A stretch of 64,000 nucleotides of DNA from Sphaerodactylus townsendi. Taxonomy: Eukaryota. The stretch lies in contig NC_059426.1 of assembly GCF_021028975.2 (NCBI RefSeq), forward strand, positions 79,298,001 to 79,362,000, in the 5' to 3' direction. Positions 41,786-53,330 of this stretch are shown here, piece by piece (the stretch's first letter is position 1; each line of letters opens with the position of its first letter). The notes beneath the pieces were generated by a model, which saw nothing but the letters and a program-made list of their open reading frames with translations, did no database searches and had not been told where the DNA came from. The position numbers and the translations under genes are program-made.

Positions 41786-44700
41786 TTTGTTCCACTTTTA
41801 TACCGCCCTCCCCAAAGGGCTCAGGGCGGTTTACATCACAATATAAACAAGCGGATAACAAAATAGAATACTAAAAATTCATGTCAGTTAAAAGCAGCGC
41901 TCTTAATTTATAATCAGTTAAAAAAACAGATGGCGTTCAGCCACTAGCTCCCCAACTCCCCTGAGAGGGGAACAGCGGATCTTAGTTGTTAATGGGCACC
42001 TATCAGCAGCCGGCCTCCCCAAAAGCCCGGCGGAATAACTCAGTCTTACAGGCCCTGCGGAACTCTTGTAGGTCCCGCAGGGCCCGGACAGCTGGAGGAA
42101 GAGCATTCCACCAGGCAGGGGCCAGGGCCGTAAAAGCCCTGGCCCTGGTGGAGGCCAGCCGCATCATAGAGGGGGCGGGGATCTCCAGTAGATTGGCCTC
42201 TGCCGAACGCAGAGACCGACGTGGGACATATGGGGCCAGACGGTCCCTAAGGTACGAGGGTCCCAGACCGCGTAAGGCCTTAAAGGTTAACACCAATACC
42301 TTGAAGACGATTCGGAATTCAACTGGGAGCCAGTGCAGGCGGTGCAACACGGGCGTGATGTGATCTCTAAAGGCACCACCCGTGAGCAGTCGAGCCGCCG
42401 CATGCTGGACCAGTTTCAATTTCTGGATCAGCCTCAAGGGTAGGCCCGCGTAGAGCGAGTTGCAATAGTCTAATCTGGAGGTGACCGTTGCATGAATCAC
42501 TGTGGCCAGATCCGCCTGGGAGAGGAAGGGGGCCAGCCGCCGGGCCTGGCGAAGATGGAAAAACGCAACCCGGGTTACATGGGCCACCTGGGTCCCCATA
42601 GAGAGAGACGAATCCAGGTGAGGGGGCCGGTGCCAATGAGACCCCCTCCCACACCGGCGGCTGGAAACCCTCCGCCCCCCCCCTGCGACCTAGCCAAAGG
42701 ATTTCCGTCTTTGCTGGATTCAGTTTTAACCTGCTCTGCGTCAACCAACCAGCAACCGCCTCCAGACAATGCTGTAGAGCTGCAGGGGCGGTGCCTGCTC
42801 CCCCCTCCATCGACAGAATGAGCTGGGTATCATCAGCATACTGATGGCACTCCAGCCCAAAGCTCCGTACCAGCTGAGCAAGGGGTCGCATATAGATGTT
42901 AAATAACAGCGGGGACAATAGCGCTCCCTGAGGCACGCCGCAATGAAGCGGGCACCTCCGGGAAGCTCGGTCCCCACACCACACTTGCTGACTCCGGTCC
43001 CGGAGAAACGAGGCAATCCATTGAAGGACAGTACCCCGCACCCCGGAGACGGCCAGGCGGTGGGTCAAAAGATCGTGGTCAACCACATCAAACGCTGCGG
43101 TGAGATCTAACAACACCAGCAGCGCCGATCCGCCTCGGTCAAGCTGCATACGGAGCGTATCTGTGACGGCGACGAGAACAGTCTCCGTCCCATGCCCAGC
43201 ACGGAAGCCGGACTGGAAGGGATCAAAGGCCGATGCGTCCTCCAGAAAACCCTGAAGCTGCTCCAACACCACTCTCTCAATTACCTTCCCCAGAAACGAA
43301 AGATTAGAAACGGGGCGGTAATTGGCCGGATCACTAGGATCTAACGACGGTCTTTTTAAGAGTGGGCGGACCACTGCCTCCTTCAACCCACCCGGACAAA
43401 CTCCTTGCTCAAGGGAGCAATTGATAATAGTCAACAGGTGGGGTCGTAACTCCTCCCGACATGCTTTAATAAGCCAGGAGGGGCACGGATCCAGAGGACA
43501 GGTAGTAGGTCTAACAGCAGCTAGGGCTCTGTCAACATCGTCTTCGGAGAGCAGGGAAAACTGGGCCAAACAAGGGCCAGAAGACGGCAAGGGAGCCTCC
43601 AGTTCACTAATTGTCTCCAAGGTGGCAGGGAGGTCCTGGCGGAGCGACGCGATTTTATCTGCAAAATAGCTCATAAATGCCTCACAGCTAATAGCCAATT
43701 GATCATTTTTTGAACTCTCTGATAAAGAGGTAAGGGATCGAATAATGCGAAACAGTTGTGCTGGGCGAGAGCTAGCAGACGCGAGAGAGGAGGAGAAGAA
43801 AACTCTCTTCGCCTCCTTCGTCACCATCTCATAGGCCTTCATAAGCGTCCTATAAGATGTTCGCGCAGCCTCGTCACGAGACTTCCTCCACACTCGCTCT
43901 AGCCGTCTAAGCTCCCGTTTCAAACAGCGTAGCTCCTCCGTATACCACGGAGCCAGCCGAGAACGGGGTCGAAGAGGGCGTCGGGGAGCAATAACCTCGA
44001 TGGCATCTAAAAGGCGGGCATTCCAGTCCGCTACTAGGCCATCGAGGGTGCCGGTGGGTTCAGGATCCCGCAGAGCATTCAGGAATCCATCAGGATCCAT
44101 AAGTCTTCGCGGGCGAGCATAAATTCGCTCGTCGCCTAGACGGGGGTGTTGCGGCATGCTCATCCGAGCCTTCAGGGCATAGTGGTCAGACCATGGCACT
44201 CTGTCAATAGAGGATATGACCACATCAACACCTGACCCAAAGACCAAATCCAGTGTGTGACCGGCCTCGTGGGTGGGGCCAGAATTTACCAGGGAGAGGC
44301 CCAGCGTCGCCATGGATGACACCAGGTCCATGGCCACCGTGCATGAGGCGGCGTCGACATGGACGTTGAAATCCCCCAGAACAATAAGTCTGGGGTACCG
44401 CAACGCCCAGTCCGCCACCACCTCCAGCAGCCGCGGCAGGCCGTCTCCTGGGGCGCTAGGCGACCGGTACACCAGGAGAACAGCCAACCTCTCCGATGCC
44501 AACCACTCCAGGCCGACACACTCCATACCAATGATCTCAGGGACAGGGATAGCCCTAAAAGGGATGGTATCTCGGACTAACATTGCCACGCCACCCCCCC
44601 GGCCCTGTGTTCGCGATCGGTGGAGGCACGCGAAACCTGGGGGCGTGACCTCGCCTAAGGCAACGGTCTCGCCTTCTCGCACCCAGGTTTCGGTGACACA

Positions 44701-45424
44701 GGCCAGGTCCATCTGCTGAACTCCAAGAAAGTCCCGGAGAACAGCGGTCTTATTATTTATGGACCTGGCATTTATCAGCACCAAAGACGAAGCAGGGTGT
44801 CTCTGAACCCAGCCACCTTTGTCCCTTGGGATAGGTCGGAGGTCAGAAGGTGAACGAGCATGACCATATCTCGTCCACCTTCTCTCATATGGCCGCCGCC
44901 TACCGTCATACTTGCCCCGTCCCATTAACACTGGGATCCCCAACCCCAAGGAAGGTGCCCCCATCCCCGCTGTCCCCTCCTAACCCAACCCCGGCAACAA
45001 CTCTCCACCGTAGGTGGACTCAGCTCGCCACTAAATTAACTAATCTATTTAAAACTAACACTAAACAGTACAATAAGCAAGCTAATACAAATATACAAAA
45101 TTACCCACTAACTAATCTAAGCTAATCAGTTTATCAATTAATTAATCAATCAATTAATAACCGCAATAGGGAGGGAAGAGATGGTAGACTCGACAGTAGA
45201 ATGCAGCTCAGCCTCTTGGTGTCTTCAGTGATATTTATGTTATTATATGCCTCTATTGCAGCTGCAGTGGGGCCTCTTGAGGTATTAAAAAACCAGGCCC
45301 CTAAAGATGACAAATATAGCCACGCACCCCCTGGCGGCCTTAGACTGGCCACCAAGGAAAAAAGCAAAGGCAGCAAACAGCAATAGGCAAAGAACCCAGC
45401 AAGTTGGAAACCTCTGCCACCCGT
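41757..45424 (-). mobile_element. young, apparently full-length L2 LINE (APE endonuclease + RT), single ORF with one frameshift
   Basis: ORFs 42367-44964 and 42003-42599: NARS, TETW, GDFN, TLDL, SDH (APE); QSGFR, LDLTAAFD, GVPQG, YADD (RT); (AATA)n tail 41757-41788; putative TSD tatctt at 41751-41756 and 45425-45430; CpG retained. Confidence 0.93.
42003..44964 (-). pseudogene. L2 ORF2 (endonuclease/reverse transcriptase), broken by a small deletion near 42620
   Basis: the frame switches at SLAPAPS|HLDSSLSM, where L2 ORF2s carry a V.xLGV segment; no internal stops otherwise. Confidence 0.88.
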
Positions 45425-46073
45425 TATCTTCTCCAAGTTTTGTGGGAATCTTGTGGGAAAAGTTCACACCACTGACTTCAATGTGGAGGCTGTTTTGGGT
45501 AACCGTATGGCTCTGATTGCATTCAGTGAGTTATTTTTTGTGTGGCTCTGGGGGGGATGTTTTTTAAGGCAGATGCACCAAATCTGTAGCACAGCTGCTG
45601 GTGACTCTTCTCAGAAGAACTGCCAATTTTAATGAAGTTTAGATAAGGAGATCCAATTACCCAGTTTTCCTCTATTTGGATGCTCATAGAATTGCCTCAT
45701 CCCATTCCTAATATGCCCTTTTTAAAACTAGCCTTTATTTAAATCTTAACTACTATATCAAAATGGCTCAAATGAAACCTGCCTGAAGCAGTACAATATA
45801 ACCCCACCAACTCAACAGAGCAACAATTAACAGACCTCCCCCCAACCCCCTGTCTAAACAAATGAAGGAAATGAAGGAAACAAATGAAGGAAACACAGCA
45901 AAGAAGCAAGCACCAGAAAATGAAGAGAAAAGGAAGAAGAATCAATGCAACCCCCGCCCCCAGACCCCCTTCCCCCAGAGGTTACCCCAGATCTGTTTCC
46001 CAAACTGAGCCCTTCGGGGGAGGGCGGGATATAAATTAAATATGAAATGAAATGAAAGTCTCTCCCTTTTTTG

Positions 46074-46420
46074 TGTGGGGAAATTAGCTGGACCAGATTC
46101 TTGGCTTTACAAAAGGCCAGGCAACATGAAATCTTGATTGCCTATGTATACGAAAGTCAGCTTTCCACAGAAAAAACTCACAGGAGAATGAATAAAGTTA
46201 ACAATTTTTATTAAGGGATGAAATGTTGTAACCAAGCACACAATAAAAACAGCAAAACACACACAGTCCTAGGATATAGACAGTTGTCAGAGGATAGGTC
46301 TGGAATACATAAGGAATAAATGGGGAGAGGCAATAAAAGCTATAGTCACCTGATCTTGAAGTGGAAAAGTTCAATGAATAGAACTGAATGACCTGTGCTT
46401 AGTTCAGGAAGAAACAGCGC
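46074..46420 (-). mobile_element. LTR-like repeat (family shared with 53049-53330)
   Basis: both copies start (t/a)gtggggaa(a)ttag and share aataaagtt(t)aacaatttt...aagggat and cacacacagtccta(g/a)gatata; - strand ends in CA; far end not resolved. Confidence 0.5.
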
Positions 46421-46727
46421 TGTGGAACAGTATTACAGAGAGTGATGCAAAATGTGATGCAAAATGTATTGCAGCCATTGGCCAAATAGGAATGCTCCTT
46501 CAAGAAGCTATTCCCCCTCTCCCATGCCTGTTGCCCTGAAAATCAGCCATAGGGCAGAAAAAGGGCAGCAGGAGATTGCTCCTTCCAGAATCCAGAGCAA
46601 TCCAGAAAAATGAAGGTCTTTGTTTTTCCTAAGAGGACTTGACTGTTACTCCCGTAGTGCATTACATCCAAGAAATGCTTGAATAGATCAGCCAGTTTAG
46701 AGAGCATGTTCTGACCCCTGCAAATCA

Positions 46728-47975
46728 AATTAAAAAAACCTTTAATAGGCATCATATAAATACAGCATGTAACAAATAGAATAAGTGAAACAATATAATT
46801 AAAAAGATATCAAACTCATACATCGTTCAGTTGGGCTGGGAAAGTCACCCAGAGAGATGCTCCACAATTTATATTTAAAAATTGGCCACTGTTTCAGCAT
46901 CCTATGGTCCTGGTTGTTCAAGAGATATTTCATTTTAGTGTTGGGAGAGAGAGAGCTAACCTTAATTGGGACCTTCTGGAAGAGGCTAAATTCTGTGAAT
47001 TTGGGGCAGACAAGTAGAGTGTGTTCTAAGGTCTCATCAAGCATTTGGCAACATGCATAAACATGCATCTGATGAAGAGCTAACTTAAATCTCTCTGGTG
47101 ATACGGTGGGAGGGAGTGTGTTAGTTCTTGCCCTGGTGGTCACCCACCTCTGCCTGGGGTCAAGCAATGCATTTAAATAGCCAGCTATTGTGCCTTTCTT
47201 GGGTATGATGCCAAAGTAGAGAGGAGAGCAAAGAGTCCTTGCTTTACCAATTAAGAGTTGGGATTCTTGGTCAAATAGCCTCTCCTTGAGGTGATGAAGG
47301 ATATCACTGGGGGAAAGCATGTAAAGCTGATCCCAAGTAAAGTACAGGGAGAGGATCTTTGATTCAATGTGGACCCACCAGGCAGACAGCTGGAGTTCAG
47401 GAAGGGCACAATGAATAAGACTATTTGAGTCATGAAAGAAGCATAGCTGGACCCAAAATCTGAGGGTAACGCACCAGGCCCTTTTTTCTAGGAGATGTTG
47501 CCCTGCCTCTAAACAGAGAAATGCCTAAGGTATGCAGTGAGGGACCCTAAAGATCTTGTAAAGGAATCTGGATTGGATACACTCCAAGGAGATATGCCAA
47601 ACGTCAATCCAGATAGGGACTCCGTAAAGTAGGTGTTGTAATACCTTGGCATTGAACACCCTGAGAGCTGCCAGTATGAACCTACCCCCTTTTGTGAAAA
47701 AAATTTCGCAACAGCTGCGGATAATGTTTTGCAGCTCTTAACCACGGCCTCCCTGTGCTTGAACCAGCTGGTTCTATGATGGAAATTGATGCCAAGATAT
47801 TGTAAAGTTTGACCTGCTCAATAGTTTCACTATCCAGGATCCAATTTTTAAGGTTGAAATTACTTGAGAAAACCAAGATCTTAGATTTGAGTGGATTGAT
47901 TGACAGGAGGTTGGTGGTACAATATTCATTGCATTTGGATAGGAGGCAGGTTAAGCGAGCCTTGGTGCAAGACAA
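46728..47975 (-). mobile_element. 5'-truncated RTE-X-like LINE, decayed
   Basis: 23-bp TSD catgttctgacccctgcaaatca at 46705-46727 and 47976-47998; peptides LSINPLKSKILVF...IEQVK and YL..L.DPRQR...ARTNTLP...ETLEHTLLVC; tail gcctattaaaggttt. Confidence 0.8.
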
Positions 47976-48224
47976 CATGTTCTGACCCCTGCAAATCATA
48001 CTTGGTCTGTATTACATCACACTTAGACAAAGAATGTACATCTGCTGGTGTTGACTGCGTGAACCAAACTAGACAGAAAATCACCTACTATGCATACACA
48101 CAATAGCCAAAACCCAACCAAATATAGTATGAGAATTTAGTAAGCGCAATGCATACTAAAGAGAAAATGTCAAACACAGAACTATAAATAGTATAACAGA
48201 GCAACAAACAAAATACATAGACAA

Positions 48225-48410
48225 ACACGGAGTCCCAGTGGGGGCCGGGTTGCGTGCAATGCACAGGGTGCATGCCAGTGTAGTGGCATGGCTGGGGCAT
48301 GGTAGGAGCATTCTGAGGTGTGGCAGGGACATTCCAGGGAGGGTGGGGGCATGGTAGGGGCACAGGGCGCACACGTGCTTTGGGCGCAGTTCCCCCTTGC
48401 TCTGGCCCTG
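48225..48410. mobile_element. GC-rich non-autonomous DNA element, probably hAT
   Basis: ggggcatgg-type subrepeats like 16920-16990 and a ...ctggccctg end; TSD not resolved. Confidence 0.4.
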
Positions 48411-49013
48411 CTGTGTCTATAAACAAAAGGCAGGGAAAACCTGCTGCAATGTAAGTAAGATGCTGCCAAGACTGTTGATGTCATATATGATCAAGTAAGC
48501 GTTGATATGTTCAAAGCAGGGTTCCTCAAGAGATGAGAATTCAGGATAAATTGCCCATTTCACAGCATAAAACAGCTTTCTCAGCAATAGAATCCAAACA
48601 ATTTATAAATAAGCAAGCTTGCCCCACATGGGAATGAAAGCCTTCCCACCCTTAATAATGAATATAGCATTAATAAAAGCCCATTGCAAAATATAAATGA
48701 CATTATTAAAATACAGAATAAATACAATACATATGCCATCACCATTATAAACCTTTACAAAAATATGCAATAACTATATACAAAAATGTCACATTTTGAA
48801 AGATCATCCAACAAATTTACATAATATATAAGGCCTGCCAATTTCCCAAAGTATCTTATGGCTAAGCTTGATGCAGACCATCTAAGACTGTATAACATCT
48901 TTATATAGCTATTAAAGAGATTCACTACATATGCCATATACATTAGATGCAGCTAGAATGATTGTTTTGCATTAACAGGCACTCAAATCTCTCTTGCCAC
49001 AAGATTTCTCTCT

Positions 49014-49555
49014 CCATTTCCGTACGGCCCATAAACGACGGCCTGGGGGCTGTAAAAACGGCGCTTCCCAGGTCAAGAAGGTTCGGCAATGCAGCAGCGG
49101 GCGAATTTAACGCGCTTCCCTCCCCCCCAGGGCGGCGTCAGGTCGCTTCTAAACAACAACCCCTTTAAAGGGTTGTTGTTAGAAAGCGCCTTCCCGGCGG
49201 CGCGCAGCGAACCGAGCCGCTGGGAAGATGCTGTCTCCCTTTTCCGCCCCACTCACGATGTCTCCGTCGTCGCTTGTTGAGCAGTGGAAGCCTCGCCCAT
49301 TCTGTCCTCCTCACCTCCAGGGGTCGGAGGGCAGCGTATGCGGGGCTCCCACGGCCAGCAGGCTTAATGCACGGTGACATCAGCGAGTGGGGCGGGAGAA
49401 GGGGGAAGAGGCGGTTCCGGTATGGAGTTGCCCTCTTCCCAAGTGGGGTTTTCTGTTATTCGTTTCGCACGCTATGCGTAAGGACATGCTTGCGCCCCCA
49501 CACCGGCAGAACTCTTGGCGGCGTGGGGGCGCATGGCGGCCGTGCGGAAACGGCC
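49014..49555. mobile_element. CpG-rich PIF/Harbinger-like MITE
   Basis: ends ccatttccgtacggcc / ggccgtgcggaaacggcc followed by TAA; internal hairpin aacaacaaccc...gggttgttgtt. Confidence 0.75.
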
Positions 49556-49792
49556 TAAGGCTCCTGCTGCACAGCATATTTATAGTGAGTTGCAATCATT
49601 ATAAATGAAATGGTTTTCCCTTTTTATAAATAGAAAACAAATTAATTTATCACGATTGCAACTTATTATACATATACTGTGTGGAATGAGCCTAATTTTT
49701 ATTTTGATAGATCCTGAAATAACTTCATATCAAAGCAGCCTCAATCCATTTCCCAAAAGCACAAAACATAGGGCAATAAATAAAACTTATCA

Positions 49793-50400
49793 AGTCTAAT
49801 TCATTATTTAGTCAAAGGGGAAAGTGACTTTTGAACTTGCCTATTAATTTTGCTTCAGGCTGGAGATGTCTGCAAATACCTATGAATTTAAAAGGGAAGT
49901 CTTTATATGTGTAATGGAAACAGAAATGAAAATCGTTCTCTGTGTGTCCCCTTTCTACAAAATGATAGGCAGGAGGGGCATCCAAACTCTCAGTTCTGAT
50001 CTTTGATTTGCGCTTGATTAATCTCAAGCAGTCTGCTCTACAGGACATGTTTGAAGGCACATTCTGTTAGATATACACAGTTTTTAATACTGCAAGTTGC
50101 AAGTCCTTTTAATTACTATTTAAAAGACAAATTGGAATATGTGTACTCCTTAATGTTAATCAAGAGGGAACAAACTGAGCAGTCCACATCTGGTATATCC
50201 CCTCATAGTGTCCATAGGAGATAGATTCATTAATAGAGTGAATCTTCAAATCACTCAAGTTGTCTCCTATAGCCTATTCTAGGATATTCTCTACATCCTG
50301 GTGAGTAGGAGATGATATGCCAGTGTTTCTGGATGACCTCTCTAATTTGGCTGGTTAATGCAGAAAAATCCATTGCACAGGTAAGTTCAGTGACAAAATC
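49793..50400 (-). mobile_element. decayed Neptune-type Penelope-like element (thumb, Cys linker, GIY-YIG)
   Basis: - strand fragments in order: IREVIQKHWHII...GC...PRIGYRR; RCG.CSVC; ATCSIKNCVYL..C; KSKIR...DAP...HF....H; E..LI..F...PL*LNNELD. Confidence 0.8.
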
Positions 50401-51580
50401 TTTAGGTTTATCTTTAAAAACTTGGCATCTAATTTATTAGCTGAGCTGGCGCCTGAAACTGTGGGTCTTCTGGGGGGTGGACTTTTGGAAGAATGTTTTT
50501 AAAAAGTGAGTCCTGGGGTATTCATCTTTTCATATATATTTTTCTGAGAAGAAAAAATCAATCTTTAATCTGTTCTTCATTATTCAGAGAACAAATGTGA
50601 ATGGTTGGAACTACAATAGACATGTTCACATAAGAATCATAAATCAATAATTTCCAATAAGACAGCACAGTGTAGCTTTTTATTTGAAGGAAAAATTGCC
50701 ATACCTACCGTATATTGTGTTTGTATATCCCCAGTCCTTCAAATTCTTATTCGCTTCCCCTCCCACATGAGTCTTGAAATTTTATGAGCTTTTAAGGACA
50801 CATTGAGCTCTACACATTGAGCATACTCCACAATTTCTGTTCCATGGGCAGAAAATTGTACATGTGACACTCTTGAATAAATGTAAAAAAAAAAACCACT
50901 GGATAGCCTTCCCTGCTGGCATTCTAACTTCATAACTGCTTTGGATATTTGGGAGATGAGAGGGTTATTAGCGGAAGCTGCATAGAATTTTCTTTCTGTA
51001 CCTAGAAAGGTAATGTGATGTAATCAAACTTCCTTGCCCAAATGATGGACTCACAGAGCAGCTTTATTTGTTTCTTGTATAAAGAAGATTTTTTTGTTTG
51101 GCTGATTACACACAAGGAATCTGCTGCACAATAAGGGCAAATGAGTGTTGCCACAAGATTTCTTGTACAGATGTATTTCCTCAAGCCCTGCTTTCACTTT
51201 TTATTCTCCCCATGGCAAGCGAAACCACTTCTAGCACAAATTTAATTTTGCTTCACAATCAGAGCAGGCAGATTTGCCACTAGGCACAGGCTTGCCCTGC
51301 ACCTCTTCCCTGTGCCCACAGCCAGCATGCCTAGTCTCCCCACCAAGCCACCACACTGTTTTGCATGCTTCCCTATTGACCTCCTCCCTGTTACCCACTC
51401 CTTCCCACTTCTCTGAATGCTGGTATCAATACATTAGTATCAAGCAGGGTCTCTTTCTGGCTCCACCTCACCTCCCCCACTCTGCTTCTGCCCTCCCTGA
51501 TGATCTGGAGGATATTTTTAAAACTTTCTTTCAGACAAATTTCTATTTTAAAAACAAGCCATGAGTCTCTTGCAGCAGCA

Positions 51581-51626
<46 letters not shown>
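51581..51626. repeat. (GA)n microsatellite
   Basis: read directly, one interruption. Confidence 0.95.
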
Positions 51627-51628
<2 letters not shown>

Positions 51629-53048
51629 TGAAGGAGAAGGAAGGGGAAGATATGTGCCTTTAAGGCTGTTGATGGGTGGAATTAAGGGAAGCAGCAAAAG
51701 AAGAGGCTGGTTGAGACTTCAGGGAGCAGCTACAGGCAGGTACTTGGCTGCCTCCTGGTGTGTAAACCAAAAAAACATGAGGAGAGCCCTCTGCAAGCCC
51801 ACTGCATAGAGAAGAGTCCCAAGGTAAGAGTCCCCTGCATAATCGGCCTTTGTCTCCTGCTCCACCCCCCTCAAAAAATCCCCACTATTAATACCTTCTC
51901 TTAGTAGCTATGTTGGCACTTTGGGCTCACACTCACATGCTGTTGTCTGCTTTCTGGAGTCTCACATATTATTAACTCTTCTGGGTCCTGAAATGTTTCT
52001 GTATTATCTTTGCTGAAACCAACCTTAGCTCCGGAGCATGCAGAGGAAAAGGGAAAGATTATATATAAATAACAATAAATAAATCAATTATATGATCCTT
52101 GGTCACTTGTGATGCCTTTTATAACAACTCCAGAAAGAAGAAATAGAAATCAGAAGAAAAATGTTGGCAAAAAAGCAACACCAAATGGGTAAGAAAAGCA
52201 CCAGATTTTTTAAAAAGAAGATTAATATCCTACCAATTAAATATTTCTACCACTCACCATCACAAAGCATGATTTTCAGCAGCCAGAAAAATGTATATTG
52301 GGAAATGATTAGTGAATCCTTGGTTCCACCAAATTCAATAGAATCAGATCAACAGAATAATGCAATGATACATAAAATAGCTGTACTACTGCAGCTGAAC
52401 AGATCCATGAATAAAGATGGAAACTGGGATGTTATAACAGGCCTGTGGTCTCATATTCAGCAGCAACAGTGATGGATGTAGATTCTTCTCATATGCATCT
52501 GCTAGCTGGGTCTGAGGTGAGCAGCCCTTACAGCACTGCCACTGCCCCAGGGGCTTTTGAATTTTCTCCTGGCTGCCCATAGCCCATGTACAAGTTTCCA
52601 GATAAGGTAAAGTGCCAATTCACTCCTGGCAAGTCTCATCTATAGGAGGGCCAGCTGGAGCTTTTTGCAGAATAAGTGGTATACACAGAAGCATGAGGAG
52701 TATAAATATATGGTATTGCTGCAGTTAACATTTCTGTTATTATTAAGGATTTGTGTTATGGGGAACTGGTAATTTGCAGGTTTAGAACCAGCACAGGTGG
52801 CGCAATCTGGATGAGCAGAGATCCAAGGTTGGGTACTGGGTTGTCCTGCACAGTAAAACCGTACATGGTGAGCAGGAGGATTGGCCCTCCCCTCCCCAAG
52901 ACTCTAGAAATATGTGTTCTGAGCATGTCCTGCTTCAGTGGATAGGTCTGCTGAAGACACAAACTGGTCTGCCATTCAGCAAATAAAGATCTTTTCAAAA
53001 CCTTGAGCAACTTGTTACCCAAAGTGGCAGGTGTCTTTCCCTTTTAGA

Positions 53049-53330
53049 GTGGGGAATTAGTGAGAGCAGGCTCTTGGCTTAGCAGAAGATCAGGCAAGCT
53101 CAAGATCTTGTTTGCCTAAGTTTTACAGAAGGCGGCTTTTGCAAGAAACTCCCAGGAGAGCAAATAAAGTTTAACAATTTTATGAAGGGATAATGGGGAT
53201 ACAAAGCATGCAATAATCAAAGCAGCAAAGCACACACACAGTCCTAAGATATAAGCAATTGTGAGGGGTAGATCTTGAATAGATGAGGGAATTGTGGAGG
53301 GAATGGTTATAATCAACTGATCTCAGAGTG
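53049..53330 (-). mobile_element. LTR-like repeat (family shared with 46074-46420)
   Basis: visible similarity to 46074-46300; may extend to ~54110. Confidence 0.5.

Larger units (their letters stand above)
41250..45720. repeat. old fold-back-like repeat with ~130-bp subrepeats, split by the L2 insertion
   Basis: 41388-41510 and 45550-45660 are diverged direct copies; 41580-41700 is an inverted copy (shared gcagcatagct...gactct..gagaagaa). Confidence 0.5.

Noticed and set aside
41986-44719. Several + strand ORFs of 109-148 aa
   Set aside because: Antisense frames of the GC-rich L2 ORF2.
51540-51830. Possible first exon/promoter of a downstream gene (GA repeat, AAG|GTAAGA near 51821-51829)
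   Set aside because: No signal-peptide-like ORF and no supportable downstream exon; a lone donor-like motif is insufficient.
52161-52472. 103-aa ORF
   Set aside because: No recognisable domain or splice context; probably chance or decayed repeat.
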